Of a stretch of DNA of 64,000 nt, positions 18,175 to 29,321 are shown piece after piece. The stretch comes from Aequorivita nionensis. GTDB lineage: Bacteria > Bacteroidota > Bacteroidia > Flavobacteriales > Flavobacteriaceae. The stretch lies in contig NZ_CP130281.1 in assembly GCF_046352995.1 (NCBI RefSeq), positions 960,289-1,024,288 of the forward strand, given 5' to 3'. Each line of letters begins with the position of its first letter. Position 1 is the first letter of the stretch. Both the position numbers and the translations under genes were made by a program. Below the pieces are notes generated by a model that made no database searches, was not told where the DNA came from, and saw nothing but the letters and a program-made list of their open reading frames with translations.

Positions 18175-19122
18175 TCAATACTTCTCCTTCAAGTTTTCAA
18201 GCATTATTTTAGTCATTTCATCCAGAGAAATTTCACTTTTCCAACCCCAATCTACTTTAGCCTCACTATCGTCAATGCTTTGTGGCCAGCTATCTGCAAT
18301 TGCTTGTCTGAAATCTGGTTCGTAACTAATTTTAAATTCAGGAATCTGCTTTTGAATACTTTTAGTAATTTCTTCGGGATTAAAACTCATGGCCGAAAGA
18401 TTATAGGAACTGCGTATTTTAACCTTTTCACTTTCAGCTTCCATTATGCTTACTGTAGCATTTATGGCATCATCCATAAACATCATTGGCAGTGTTGTTT
18501 CGGCATTTAAAAAGCAAATGTATTTTTTGTGCTTCAAGGCTTTGTGGTAAATATCTACGGCATAATCCGTAGTTCCGCCTCCTGGAAGCGTTTTATAACT
18601 TATAAGCCCCGGATAACGGATGCTGCGAACATCCACCCCATAACGGTTGAAGTAATATTCACACCAACGCTCCCCGGTTTGCTTGCTGATGCCATAAACA
18701 GTACTGGGCTCCATAATTGTTCGTTGTGGGGTATCTATTTTAGGAGTTGTGGGGCCAAAAACTGCAATACTGGAAGGCCAGAATATTTTCTCAATTTTTT
18801 TATCCTTAGCCAAATTCAAAACGTGAAAGAGTGAATTCATATTCAGGTTCCACCCTTTCATCGGGAATTTTTCTGCAGTGGCAGAAAGCATTGCCGCCAT
18901 CAAATAAACATCAGTGATTTCGTGGCGAATTACAATTTCTTCAACTGCGTCATAATCCATTGCGTCCAAAATTTCAAAGGGGCCACTCTTCATTAGCTCT
19001 TCATCACCTTCGCGGATGTCGCTCGCTATCACTTTGTTCTTTCCAAATTTATTTCTTAGATAAATCGTCAATTCAGTACCAATCTGTCCGCAAGCACCAA
19101 TAATCAAAATCCGCTTTTTCAT
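18175..19122 (-). CDS. NAD-dependent epimerase/dehydratase-fold protein (extended SDR), likely L-threonine 3-dehydrogenase type
   Basis: N-terminal Rossmann motif GACGQIG and a YxxxK motif (YGISKQT). The 315 aa length is typical of the UDP-Gal-epimerase-like threonine dehydrogenases of Flavobacteriia. Confidence 0.65.
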   Translation of the reverse strand: MKKRILIIGACGQIGTELTIYLRNKFGKNKVIASDIREGDEELMKSGPFEILDAMDYDAVEEIVIRHEITDVYLMAAMLSATAEKFPMKGWNLNMNSLFHVLNLAKDKKIEKIFWPSSIAVFGPTTPKIDTPQRTIMEPSTVYGISKQTGERWCEYYFNRYGVDVRSIRYPGLISYKTLPGGGTTDYAVDIYHKALKHKKYICFLNAETTLPMMFMDDAINATVSIMEAESEKVKIRSSYNLSAMSFNPEEITKSIQKQIPEFKISYEPDFRQAIADSWPQSIDDSEAKVDWGWKSEISLDEMTKIMLENLKEKY

Positions 19123-19240
19123 CCGTTTAATCTTTTAAAAAATGAAGTGTAAATATACATAATATCAGCTCTTTCAGTACTTAAAAATTTTATGTGCCAT
19201 TTGGTTAATAACCAGTATCTTTGTGCCTCTTTTATACTTT

Positions 19241-19831
19241 ATGAAGTTTATAATTCCTGTTTTATTAATTATTGGTTTCACTTTTTCCTGTGGAAATTCT
19301 TCCGAAGAAACCCAAAACCAATCATCCTCAATCGACACCTCCATAATTTTTGGGAATAAAGGTTTTGAATTTCCGCAACTTTCTGCACCAGCAAAGGAGC
19401 AGGCTGTACATTGGGGCGTTTTGGAAGATTTTCTTTCTGAAGCAAAAAATGTGAACGGCAGCAATTACCAAGACTTGCGAAACCGTTCTGAGCTTTTAAA
19501 GCAATATTCCGATTCGCTTTTAAAAAATATTCCCGACACTTTAAACACCAAACCAATCAACAGCAGATTGTTGGTTCTTAAAACCAGGTCTTCATTGCTT
19601 TTTCAAACTGTACACCAAGCTAGCATTGATTCTTTAAAAGTTCAAAATTCAATGGAAGAGTTGAACCTTGCCGTAAAGAACTTGATCGTTCAATTGAACG
19701 AGAAATTTCAAAAAGATAATATTGATTTCCAAAGAAAAGAAGACGAAGAAAACGAACTGAAAAAGCAGCAGCGCTACAAAGATTCCATTATGAACTTGGA
19801 ACTTCAGGACAAAAAGAACAAAAAAGTGTAA
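19241..19831 (+). CDS. Hypothetical lipoprotein (lipobox FSCG) with coiled-coil C-terminus
   Basis: Signal peptide plus Cys lipobox, and a Lys/Glu-rich C-terminus. The probable start is MKFIIP, not the listed upstream Met. Confidence 0.5.
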   Translation: MKFIIPVLLIIGFTFSCGNSSEETQNQSSSIDTSIIFGNKGFEFPQLSAPAKEQAVHWGVLEDFLSEAKNVNGSNYQDLRNRSELLKQYSDSLLKNIPDTLNTKPINSRLLVLKTRSSLLFQTVHQASIDSLKVQNSMEELNLAVKNLIVQLNEKFQKDNIDFQRKEDEENELKKQQRYKDSIMNLELQDKKNKKV

Positions 19832-19905
19832 CAATCGAAGAAAAAGAACAACTTATACTTTCAGTATAAGCTCAAACATTAAATACTTTAAACCAAAACG
19901 ATATA

Positions 19906-21972
19906 ATGAAAACTAATTTTTTTAAACCTTTATTGGCCTTTACAGTAGTTGCAGTAGCCGCAACCGCTTGTAAAGAAAAAACTGATGTGGCTGTAGCAGA
20001 TACGGAACCACACGGAATTATTCTTGCAAACATGGATACCACAGTAAGTCCAAAAGCAGATTTTTACAACTATGTGAACGGAAACTGGATGAAAAACAAT
20101 GAGATTCCAGACGATCAAACAAGTTGGGCCGGGTTCACCATTCTTAGAAAAAAGACTGATGCGGATATGCTTAACATTTTGGCAAAAGCAAAAGAAAGCG
20201 GAAAATACGCTCCCGATACAGACCAAGCCAAAGCTTTGATGATTTATGAATCTAAGTTGGACACTGTTGCAAGAAATAAAGCCGGTATTGATCCAATAAA
20301 ACCAACACTTGAAAAAATTGCAGCTATTAACAGCATGGAAAATTTTCAAAAATTAATAAGTGAAGATGCCGTTGCCGTTTCACAACCGTTTTTGGGTCTT
20401 GCTGCTTTTTCAAACCCCAGCAATAGTGCTATGAATTCAGCATATATTACTCCAGGAGGTTTGGGCCTTCCAGATCGTGATTTTTATACCAATACAGATC
20501 CTGCTTCAGTAAAAATCCGTCAGCAGTATGTGGACCACATTACACGGATGCTTCAGTTTTTGGGTGATACTGAAGAATCTGCCCGCAAACAAGCTGAGAC
20601 CATTCTCGCTTTTGAAACAAAGCTAGCTACTCCAAGATTGGATAAAGTTGCGAGCCGTGATTTTAGAAACTTCAACAATCCAAGAAACATTGCCGAATTA
20701 CAAAACATGCTTCCTCAACTTCAATGGGAAGAGGTTTTCAAAGGTATGGGCGTTACCAAAAAAATGGACACCGTTATCGTGATGCAGCCAAAATATATGG
20801 AGACTTTGAAGCAAATGTTCGCGAAACCAGATTTTGATACTTGGAAAACCGTGATGCGTTGGTCAACCCTAAACAATTCCTCAGGAATGTTAACTACGGA
20901 AATTGACAAAGCAAATTGGGATTTTTACAGTCAGACCCTAAACGGAACTAAAAAACAAAAACCTGCAAACGAGCGCGCCCTTGCAACAGTTAACGGAAGC
21001 GTTGGTGAGGCTTTGGGAAAACTTTATGTTGATGAAATGTTCCCGCCAGAGGCAAAGCAAAAAGCAGAAGCAATGATTGCTAACGTAATTGCAGCATACA
21101 AGGACCGCATCAATGCCTTAACCTGGATGAGCGATAGCACAAAGATAAAAGCAATTGAAAAACTTGATAAATTCACCGTGAAAATTGGATATCCAGACAA
21201 GTGGAAAGATTATTCTACTATGGAAGTGAAACCGGGCAATACCTATTATGATAATATGGTTGCGGTTCAAACTTGGAATTTCAAGGACAATCTTGATAAA
21301 ATTGACGAGCCTGTAGATCGCACAGAATGGGGAATGAGCCCACAAACAGTGAATGCTTATTTCAATCCATTTAACAACGAGATCGTTTTCCCTGCTGCAA
21401 TCCTTCAACCACCTTTCTATGATTATAAAGCAGATGAAGCAGTGAACTACGGCGGAATTGGCGCAGTAATTGGTCACGAGATTTCTCACGCATTTGATGA
21501 CAGCGGTTCGCGTTTTGACGCCAACGGAAACTTGGTGAACTGGTGGACAGATAAAGATCTTGAAAACTTCACCGAACGTGGCAATAAGCTTGCAGATCAA
21601 TACAGCAATGTTGAAGTTTTAGACAGTGTTTACATCAATGGAAAATTCACTTTGGGTGAAAACATCGGTGATCTTGGTGGTGTGTTAGGTGCTTATGATG
21701 GTTTGCAACGTTTTTACAAAGAAAACGGACGTCCAGATAATATTGATGGTTTCACGCCAGAGCAACGTTTCTTTATGAGCTGGGCCACAGTTTGGCGCAC
21801 CAAATCTCGTGAAGAAGCACTTCGCAACCAAATAAAAACCGATCCGCATTCTCCAGGAATGGTTCGTGCTACACAACCATTACTAAATGTTGATGCTTTT
21901 TACGAAGCTTTTGATATTAAGGAAGGCGACCCAATGTATCTTGCTCCAGAAGAAAGAGTTCGCATTTGGTAG
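19906..21972 (+). CDS. pepO: M13-family zinc metalloendopeptidase (neprilysin/PepO-like), lipoprotein
   Basis: HEISHAFD (HExxH) plus downstream E and NAYF motifs; 688 aa with an N-terminal lipoprotein signal (AATACKEK). Confidence 0.85.
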   Translation: MKTNFFKPLLAFTVVAVAATACKEKTDVAVADTEPHGIILANMDTTVSPKADFYNYVNGNWMKNNEIPDDQTSWAGFTILRKKTDADMLNILAKAKESGKYAPDTDQAKALMIYESKLDTVARNKAGIDPIKPTLEKIAAINSMENFQKLISEDAVAVSQPFLGLAAFSNPSNSAMNSAYITPGGLGLPDRDFYTNTDPASVKIRQQYVDHITRMLQFLGDTEESARKQAETILAFETKLATPRLDKVASRDFRNFNNPRNIAELQNMLPQLQWEEVFKGMGVTKKMDTVIVMQPKYMETLKQMFAKPDFDTWKTVMRWSTLNNSSGMLTTEIDKANWDFYSQTLNGTKKQKPANERALATVNGSVGEALGKLYVDEMFPPEAKQKAEAMIANVIAAYKDRINALTWMSDSTKIKAIEKLDKFTVKIGYPDKWKDYSTMEVKPGNTYYDNMVAVQTWNFKDNLDKIDEPVDRTEWGMSPQTVNAYFNPFNNEIVFPAAILQPPFYDYKADEAVNYGGIGAVIGHEISHAFDDSGSRFDANGNLVNWWTDKDLENFTERGNKLADQYSNVEVLDSVYINGKFTLGENIGDLGGVLGAYDGLQRFYKENGRPDNIDGFTPEQRFFMSWATVWRTKSREEALRNQIKTDPHSPGMVRATQPLLNVDAFYEAFDIKEGDPMYLAPEERVRIW

Positions 21973-21992
21973 TCCCTAAAATATTTTTGAAT

Positions 21993-22027
21993 GAAAAAGG
22001 AGCTGTAAAAGGCTCCTTTTTTTATAT
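21993..22027. terminator. Bidirectional terminator between convergent genes
   Basis: GGAGCC-TGTAAAA-GGCTCC hairpin with an A-run before and a T-run after. Confidence 0.6.
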
Positions 22028-22831
22028 AGAAGTTTTAAAAGTATAATTTAAAATAGATTTCAAATTTTCCGAATCTACTTGTTTAAAAATTTCATCTGAA
22101 TCTCCTTCCGCAAAAGTGGGTGGCTCCAAACCAAGATCTTTTGTCTTTTGAATATAATAATCAGCTTTTGTGGGGTGCTTTGGGTTTACAGCGTTAAATA
22201 CTTTTCCAAAGGCATCCTGCTTTAAAATTTCAACCAAAATTGAAATGCAATCATCCCGATGTATCAAATTTACAGGCGCATTGCCATCTGCCAAATCTTT
22301 GCGTCCCGCCAAGTATTTTGCAGGCTGCCGGCTTCCACCAATCAATCCGCCAAAACGCACAATGGTGGTTTCTAATTCTTCCGAATTAAAAAATAATTCT
22401 TCCACTTGCCGCAATTGTTTCCCTGAAATGGTTTCGGGCTTTGGTTCGTCTTTTTCGGTTACATTCCCTTGCGAATCATCATACACCGAAGTGCTGCTCA
22501 CTAAAATAATTTTCGAAACTGAAGCTTGTTTTATGGCTTCCAGCAAATGAACCATTTTCAAAACATAATCTGCTCCCGTATTTTTCCGAAGTCCGGGTGG
22601 AATCATTATCGCTAAGCAATGGACATTCTTCAAAAGCGCTTTTATTTCACCCTCAATTCCCTTTTCTGAAATTTCTAAAGGATACGCTTCAAAGCCATTC
22701 TGTTGCAATAAAGTAGCTTTTTCAATTGTTGTCACTGAACCTTTTATTGTATAGCCCAGAGAAGCCAGACGATAAGCCAAGGGTTGTCCAAGCCAACCAA
22801 GACCTGCAATAGCAATTGTTTTATTTATCAT
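22022..22831 (-). CDS. NAD(P)-binding Rossmann-fold protein (SDR / epimerase-like)
   Basis: N-terminal GLGWLGQPLA glycine-rich dinucleotide-binding motif. It overlaps the upstream M28 peptidase gene by 11 nt. Confidence 0.55.
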   Translation of the reverse strand: MINKTIAIAGLGWLGQPLAYRLASLGYTIKGSVTTIEKATLLQQNGFEAYPLEISEKGIEGEIKALLKNVHCLAIMIPPGLRKNTGADYVLKMVHLLEAIKQASVSKIILVSSTSVYDDSQGNVTEKDEPKPETISGKQLRQVEELFFNSEELETTIVRFGGLIGGSRQPAKYLAGRKDLADGNAPVNLIHRDDCISILVEILKQDAFGKVFNAVNPKHPTKADYYIQKTKDLGLEPPTFAEGDSDEIFKQVDSENLKSILNYTFKTSI

Positions 22832-25190
22832 TCAAAATAATTTCTGGATTGGTATTAATTGTATCTGCAATTTTCACTCTTAAAGAATCTACGGAAAATG
22901 TACGTTTCACCGCAACCGCATCTGTAATTACAAATGGCTTCGGCATAGTGTAATCAGGTCTTTTTGAAATATTGAATTGTGGATCGGTCATCAAATCAAA
23001 AGAATATTCCAATACTTTGAAAGAAACAGAAGCATCATTTTCCACAGAAAAATTCACTTTAAGAGAATCATTTTCCGAAACATAATAATTGATGAGTGCA
23101 TTGTTTTTAGTGCCGCGATAATCCTTTATAGAATCTAAACCTGTAGCTCTTTTTCCGTTGAATTCTAAATATTTAAAATTTGTACTTTCAACACTGTACA
23201 AATCTATCTTGTTCACGCTGCGTTTTGGAACAATTATAAACATAACATTCCGGAGGTTTTCAACCAACGTATCTTTCTTTAAAATCACTTCAAAATCTGG
23301 AATGTTCTTTTCGAGGGCATCGGCTGCATAACTAAAATTAGCACCGTATTTATTGTAAGCTACTTCATCTAAAATATTGGATGCTGTTTCGGGTTTCTCA
23401 CCTAAATATCGCTGCGTCCATTCATCTATTTCTTTATCGTATGTGAGCCAATAGGTTTTGTTGGCATCAGCATCTTTATAATAAACGAGGCTGTTTGGTT
23501 TCTTCCGTTCTTCGGAAAAATCACTTTTTGAATGGGCCTTCATAAAGAAAAATATTGCAAGTAGGAAGCAAAGAACTGAAAGTAATCCTTTCCCTTTATA
23601 ATACCCAAAAACTGGCCACAGTAAAGCAAAAAGCAAAAGAGTGAACACACAGCTAATCACTAGCATTTTTAAGCCTAAACCAACTGGGAAAAATTGAATG
23701 AGCGGTGCAAAAATAAATAGCGCGGGAGCCGACAAAAGCGTCATCGCCAAAAGGTTGGGGCGTTCCTGCCGAAGCATCACAAAAAATGACAAGAGCCCAA
23801 AAAATACAGGAATGATGAAAAATGCCGCACCTTTCAAGATTATAAAAACGGCCACATTTATTAAAAGCCAGAAAAACAAAGGAGCTACATAAAATGAAGG
23901 CTCATTGAATTTTTTGGTGAATTTTTTATAAATCGCAAATGTGATTGCCAATGAAAGAAAAACAAAAAAAGCAATATACCAATGGCCATTGTAAGTGAAG
24001 CCTTGTTGGATTTCTGCATATTGCGGATAAAGAATTAAAATCAATTTCCAGCCAAATAGCCCGATAAGTCCACAAATAATCAATGAAAGTAAAAAAGGAA
24101 CAAAGCCCAACGCCATGGTTTTCCCGTTCAATTTTCTTCTGTAAAGTCCGTAAAAAATTAGAAACAAAAACAGTAACGTTGCCAATATAAGCATAGGCAA
24201 AATCCACGAAAACGGATAACTTATCATTTTAAGCAACGGAAGGTTTACATAAACATCATCCGTTTTTGCCTTCAATTTTGAAAGATCGGCGTTGGCAAAA
24301 TAATGAAGCAATGGGAGGAGATAACTACCTTGATGGGCAAGGCTGTTTCGGCTTAAATTTTCAAAAGTATCGTTAGCTGTATGATAGTTAAAGTGACTGT
24401 CAATAAAGGCGAAGAAGAAACTGGGTATATCGCCATCTTCCCTAAAAACAGTAGAATCAGTATCATTCGGAAGCATTTTGTAAACGCTGTACATTAAGGA
24501 AGAGGCGACCGGAAAATCTGGATTTGCTTCAATGAATTCTTTAACGAGTGCAGCATTTCCGCCATTGGTTTCCAAAATCATATTGCTTGGGCCACTGCTT
24601 CCGCGCGCTTCAAAATTGAGCACCAAACCAACGTTTTTTGCCCACGGATGTTGGTTTACAAAAAGTTTGGCCCCGTCCAATCCAATTTCTTCAGCGTCAG
24701 AAAAAAGAATGATGATGTCGTTTTTAGGTTGCTCCCTTGAAGCCAAAAAAGCACGGACACTTTCTAAAATTGTAACCAAGCCACTTCCGGCATCGCTTGC
24801 GCCAAAAGATGGAACAAGCGCACTATCGTAATGTGAAAGTAACAGTAATGCTTTTCCTTCCCCAGAACCTTTAATTCGAGCAATAATGTTTATGGGTTTA
24901 TCAAGGGTTTTAGATTCTGGGTTTAGGCTAAATCCTTTTTGAATGTGTGGATCGAGACCTAGTTTCCGCAATTCTGAAATCAAAAATTCACGAACTTCTT
25001 CGTGTCCCTCAGAGCCTAAATAATGAGGTTTTTTTGAAATTTCGCTTAAAGGCTGCAGTGCTCTATCTACAGAAAATTTAGTGGCGGGAGCCGTTTCATC
25101 TCCATCGTAATGGGGCGTCAATCCGAAAAAACTATAATAGACTAATGCAATTATCAGCAGTAGCGAAAGGATGGCGCCAATTTTCTTCAT
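22821..25190 (-). CDS. M28-family peptidase with large C-terminal polytopic membrane domain
   Basis: The N-terminal ~300 aa have M28 metal-ligand regions (HYDSALV...GASDAGSG...DAEEIGLDG), followed by at least 8 hydrophobic helices and a C-terminal soluble domain. Confidence 0.75.
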   Translation of the reverse strand: MKKIGAILSLLLIIALVYYSFFGLTPHYDGDETAPATKFSVDRALQPLSEISKKPHYLGSEGHEEVREFLISELRKLGLDPHIQKGFSLNPESKTLDKPINIIARIKGSGEGKALLLLSHYDSALVPSFGASDAGSGLVTILESVRAFLASREQPKNDIIILFSDAEEIGLDGAKLFVNQHPWAKNVGLVLNFEARGSSGPSNMILETNGGNAALVKEFIEANPDFPVASSLMYSVYKMLPNDTDSTVFREDGDIPSFFFAFIDSHFNYHTANDTFENLSRNSLAHQGSYLLPLLHYFANADLSKLKAKTDDVYVNLPLLKMISYPFSWILPMLILATLLFLFLIFYGLYRRKLNGKTMALGFVPFLLSLIICGLIGLFGWKLILILYPQYAEIQQGFTYNGHWYIAFFVFLSLAITFAIYKKFTKKFNEPSFYVAPLFFWLLINVAVFIILKGAAFFIIPVFFGLLSFFVMLRQERPNLLAMTLLSAPALFIFAPLIQFFPVGLGLKMLVISCVFTLLLFALLWPVFGYYKGKGLLSVLCFLLAIFFFMKAHSKSDFSEERKKPNSLVYYKDADANKTYWLTYDKEIDEWTQRYLGEKPETASNILDEVAYNKYGANFSYAADALEKNIPDFEVILKKDTLVENLRNVMFIIVPKRSVNKIDLYSVESTNFKYLEFNGKRATGLDSIKDYRGTKNNALINYYVSENDSLKVNFSVENDASVSFKVLEYSFDLMTDPQFNISKRPDYTMPKPFVITDAVAVKRTFSVDSLRVKIADTINTNPEIILNDK

Positions 25191-25312
25191 GGTTGGGGAG
25201 TTTAGGTTGTTAAAAATACAATTTTAAATGGAAGAATTTTTTCTAACCAATACTTAGATTTCTGCAGTTTGATAAAATTGACTATCTTAGAAGTTCGCAA
25301 AAATTTGATACT

Positions 25313-25774
25313 ATGGGAATTAAAAGTTTTATTGGCAGGAGGGCAAAGCCCCAAAAAGGTTCTTCGGAAAAAATAAAGGTTTCCGATTATATGACTCGTA
25401 ACCTAACTACTTTCAGGCCTGAACAGTCTATTTTGGAAGTAATGGAAGTCCTTTTGAAGAAAAGGATTTCAGGCGGTCCGGTGGTTAACGACAAAAATGA
25501 ATTAGTCGGAATTATCTCCGAAGGCGATTGTATGAAACAGCTCAGCGATTCACGCTATCACAATCACCCTATGGAAGATGTAAAAGTAGAGCAGCATATG
25601 ATCAAAAACGTAGATACCATTGACGGAGATATGAACGTGCTGGATGCAGCCAATAAATTTTTGGAATCAAAACACCGTCGTTTCCCAATTTTGGAGAACG
25701 GCAAGTTAGCCGGGCAAATAAGTCAAAGTGATGTATTACGGGCTGCAATGGAATTGAAAGGACAATCTTGGTAA
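25313..25774 (+). CDS. CBS-pair domain protein
   Basis: Two CBS motifs (MTRNLTTF...; GIISEGDCMKQ...GQISQSDVLRA). Confidence 0.7.
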   Translation: MGIKSFIGRRAKPQKGSSEKIKVSDYMTRNLTTFRPEQSILEVMEVLLKKRISGGPVVNDKNELVGIISEGDCMKQLSDSRYHNHPMEDVKVEQHMIKNVDTIDGDMNVLDAANKFLESKHRRFPILENGKLAGQISQSDVLRAAMELKGQSW

Positions 25775-26356
25775 TTACTTTTTTTCTTTAAAAATAATTT
25801 CTATTCTTTTATCGGGTATCAACCACATTAAAGCCACTAAAATATAGAGTGCTCCAGCAATCCAAGGGCTGTAAAAGGAAGCAATAATTGCAACGATATA
25901 AATTATTGGCGAGGCTTTTCCTTTTAAATCTTTTCCCAATGCTTTTGCTAGCAATGAATCTTTTCCCTGTACAGCCAAAATTCTATTCTGTAAAATAAAA
26001 TAAGCAATGGCGGCCATTAAAAGCACTACTCCGTATAAAGCCATTGGCAGTTCGGCAAAATGATTTTCTCCCAGCCAACCAGTAACAAAAGGAATCAGTG
26101 ATAACCAAAACAACAAATGAAGGTTTGCCCAAAGAATGCCACCATTCACTTTTTGCACTGCGTGCATCATATGGTGGTGGTTGTTCCAATAAATTCCTAC
26201 ATAAATAAAGCTAAGAATATAACTCAAAAATACGGGCAATACAGGTTCCAGTTCTTTTAAATCTGTTCCGTGTGGCACCTTTAATTCCAAAACCATAATT
26301 GTAATTATAATGGCGAGCACACCATCGCTAAAAGCCTCTAACCTGTTACTATTCAT
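25775..26356 (-). CDS. TMEM175/DUF1211-family putative K+ channel
   Basis: The N-terminal RLEAFSDGVLAIIITIMVLEL is the hallmark first helix of DUF1211/TMEM175; the protein has 6 TM segments. Confidence 0.7.
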   Translation of the reverse strand: MNSNRLEAFSDGVLAIIITIMVLELKVPHGTDLKELEPVLPVFLSYILSFIYVGIYWNNHHHMMHAVQKVNGGILWANLHLLFWLSLIPFVTGWLGENHFAELPMALYGVVLLMAAIAYFILQNRILAVQGKDSLLAKALGKDLKGKASPIIYIVAIIASFYSPWIAGALYILVALMWLIPDKRIEIIFKEKK

Positions 26357-26605
26357 ATGGGGTTATTAAATATTGTTCATTTCAAAAATTGAAATTACGG
26401 AAAATTTATTTACTTCTGCAAATTGATAGATTATTACAATCATTTGATATTGATACACATATTCGTTTACAAACGCTTACAAACAACTATAAACGAAAGT
26501 AAATATGTAACAACCAACTAAAATTTGGTAGCCGCTGTAAGTTTGTCCTGTCGAATAAAATAAAGTTCGATAGTATCAATTGTTTAACATTAAATTTTAG
26601 AAATC

Positions 26606-26941
26606 ATGAACGCACTTAGAAACAAAGTACAGTTGATTGGAAGATTGGGTCAAGATCCAGAAATCGTAACATTTGCCGATGGCAACAAAATGGCCAAATT
26701 CTCAATGGCTACAGATGACAGTTACAAAGACAAAGATGGCAAAAAAGTGGAACGCGCTTACTGGCACAATATAGTTGTGAAAGGTGGCTTAGTAAAAGTG
26801 GTTGAAAATTATATAACCAAAGGACAAGAAATTGTCATAGAGGGTAAATTAACCAACCGCTCTTGGGATGATAAGGAAGGTAACAAACACTATATCACTG
26901 AGATATTTTGCAACGAGCTAGTCATGCTGGGGAGTAAATAA
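26606..26941 (+). CDS. ssb: Single-stranded DNA-binding protein (short OB-fold SSB lacking the acidic tail)
   Basis: OB-fold SSB pattern (VQLIGRLGQDPE...W-H-N-I-V...). It is 111 aa and lies directly upstream of recQ. Confidence 0.75.
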   Translation: MNALRNKVQLIGRLGQDPEIVTFADGNKMAKFSMATDDSYKDKDGKKVERAYWHNIVVKGGLVKVVENYITKGQEIVIEGKLTNRSWDDKEGNKHYITEIFCNELVMLGSK

Positions 26942-26954
26942 ATGACTGGCTAAC

Positions 26955-26986
26955 AAAGCCCCCGCTTCTGGTGGGGGCTTTTTAAA
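26955..26986 (+). terminator. Rho-independent terminator/attenuator between ssb and recQ
   Basis: AGCCCCC-GCTTCTGGT-GGGGGCT hairpin followed by a T5 run. Confidence 0.6.
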
Positions 26987-27010
26987 TTTTAAAACTTTAT
27001 TTTTACAAAA

Positions 27011-29089
27011 ATGGAAACAAACACCCAGCTAAGCATATTCGATTTGCTGAAAACGCATTTCGGCTACGAGAAATTTCTTCCAAATCAGAAAGAAATTATA
27101 AATAATGTTTTAGATAAAAAAGACACCATTGCCATTATGCCCACCGGCGGCGGTAAATCATTGTGTTTTCAATTGCCCGCTTTGGCTTTGGAAGGTACGA
27201 CGATAGTAATTTCTCCATTAATTGCTTTAATGAAAGACCAGGTTGATGCCTTAAAAGCTAACGGCGTTCCAGCACAGTTTTTCAATAGTTCACAACCGTA
27301 TGAGGAACAGCAACAGGTTTTAAAGTATCTACAAAATGGAGATTTGAAGCTTTTGTACGTTGCGCCCGAAAGTCTGCCGCAATTAAACTTTATTCTGAAT
27401 ACAATAAAAATCAGTCTTTTTGCCGTTGACGAAGCGCACTGTATTTCCAGTTGGGGACATGACTTTCGTCCAGCATATACCCAACTCAAAAGCTTAAAAG
27501 AACAATTTCCAAATGTTCCGTTGATTGCACTCACCGCAACCGCAGACCGAGCCACTCGGGAAGATATTGCAACACAACTTTCAATTCCCGAAGCCAAAAC
27601 TTTTATAGCCTCTTTTGATAGACCCAATTTATATTTAGATGTTCGGCCCGGTCAAAACCGCAATAAGCAGATTTTAGATTTTCTGAAACATCATTCCGAT
27701 GAAAGTGGAATCATCTATTGTTTGAGTAGAAAAAGTACAGAAAAACTAACAGCAACTTTAAAAACCAAAGGTTACAAAGCTGAAGCCTATCACGCTGGCT
27801 TGACTTCCGAAGAAAGAAATACGGTTCAAGATAATTTTTTGAACGACCGGACGCCAATAATTGTTGCAACTATCGCTTTTGGAATGGGCATCGATAAAAG
27901 CAATGTACGTTGGGTAATCCACTATAATATGCCCAAAAATATTGATGGCTATTATCAGGAAATTGGCCGGAGTGGACGTGATGGCTTACCAGCACATACC
28001 ATACTTTTTTACAGTTTTGCCGACGTTATTATGCTCAGAAAATTTGCCGAAGGCTCTGAAACAGAAGCCTATCAATTAGCGAAACTCGAACGGATGCAAC
28101 AATTTGCAGAAGCGCTGAGTTGTAGAAGAAAAGCTTTACTCGGTTATTTTGGGGAACACATAACCGAAGATTGCTGCAATTGCGACATCTGTAAAACTCC
28201 TCCCAAATATTTTGACGGAACTTTAATCGCGCAAAAAGTATGTTCTGCCGTTGCACGATTACAAGAACAAGAGGCATTAGGAATGGTTTTGGACGTTCTC
28301 CGGGGTTCACAAAATGCACAAGTTTACGACAAAGGATATCAAAAAATTAAAACCTTTGGCGCGGCAAAAGATATTTCGTGGCGCGATTTACAGCAGTATG
28401 TTATTCAACTTTTAAATCAAGGCATCTTACAAATCTATTTTCATGAAAACGGACGATTACTGCTAACACCATTAGCTAAAAAAGTTTTGTTTGAAGGAAA
28501 AAAAGTGCGATTAGCCAATCTTCTGCAAGAAAAAGAGCAAGTTGCGGTAGAAAAAGTAAAAAGGAAACGTGCCGAACTTTTCGATAAATTGAGAGAACTT
28601 CGCTTAAAGTTGGCACAAGAAATAAACAAACCTGCCTTTGTGGTTTTCAGCGACGCAACCTTGGAAGATATGGAACACAAAAAACCGCGAACCCGTGAAG
28701 AATTTGCAGAAGTGTCCGGTGTGGGTGACGCGAAACTTGAAAAATATGCAGACGATTTCCTAAAAGTCATCAATCGACATTTGGATGGTTTGGATAGCAA
28801 TCTTCCAACCCACGAACGCAGTTTTAAAATGTTTGCCGAAGAAAATCTTTCACCGCCCGAAATTGCAGCAAAACGTGGTCTTTCCGAAGATTCCATTTAT
28901 GGGCATTTCATAAAAATGCATCAATTGGGAAATGATTTCGACTTTTCGCAATTCATTACTTCGGAAGAAATCCAGCAAATCAAAGAAGCACAAAATAAAC
29001 TTGAAAACCCCGAAGCACTGAAACCATATTTTGAATATTTTGAAAAAAAAATGCCTTATTGGAAGATAAAACTCGGATTGTATTTATAA
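27011..29089 (+). CDS. recQ: ATP-dependent DNA helicase RecQ (helicase, RQC, HRDC, plus C-terminal extension)
   Basis: Walker A TGGGKS, DEAH box [16 protein letters not shown], a zinc-binding Cys cluster (CCNCDIC), and an HRDC-like segment. Confidence 0.9.
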   Translation: METNTQLSIFDLLKTHFGYEKFLPNQKEIINNVLDKKDTIAIMPTGGGKSLCFQLPALALEGTTIVISPLIALMKDQVDALKANGVPAQFFNSSQPYEEQQQVLKYLQNGDLKLLYVAPESLPQLNFILNTIKISLFAVDEAHCISSWGHDFRPAYTQLKSLKEQFPNVPLIALTATADRATREDIATQLSIPEAKTFIASFDRPNLYLDVRPGQNRNKQILDFLKHHSDESGIIYCLSRKSTEKLTATLKTKGYKAEAYHAGLTSEERNTVQDNFLNDRTPIIVATIAFGMGIDKSNVRWVIHYNMPKNIDGYYQEIGRSGRDGLPAHTILFYSFADVIMLRKFAEGSETEAYQLAKLERMQQFAEALSCRRKALLGYFGEHITEDCCNCDICKTPPKYFDGTLIAQKVCSAVARLQEQEALGMVLDVLRGSQNAQVYDKGYQKIKTFGAAKDISWRDLQQYVIQLLNQGILQIYFHENGRLLLTPLAKKVLFEGKKVRLANLLQEKEQVAVEKVKRKRAELFDKLRELRLKLAQEINKPAFVVFSDATLEDMEHKKPRTREEFAEVSGVGDAKLEKYADDFLKVINRHLDGLDSNLPTHERSFKMFAEENLSPPEIAAKRGLSEDSIYGHFIKMHQLGNDFDFSQFITSEEIQQIKEAQNKLENPEALKPYFEYFEKKMPYWKIKLGLYL

Positions 29090-29290
29090 AATCCATTCGC
29101 TAAACATTTGGAAATTAGCCAAAAATTACCGCATATTTGCACCACAATGAAAAACACTAATTTACATAGTGCACCAATAGGACTGATTTGTCAGTCAGAA
29201 TATCGCAAGATGGTTGATCCATTTTTACGATACGGAGCGTTATGTAATTATTTTTTGAAGTGATTTAACACATATAAAAAGATATTTATA

Positions 29291-29321
29291 GGCGCTCGAC
29301 ACATCGGGCGCCTTTTTTTAT
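29291..29321 (+). terminator. Strong rho-independent terminator closing a short ORF-poor transcript
   Basis: GGCGC-TCGACACATCG-GGCGCC hairpin followed by a T7 run. Confidence 0.6.
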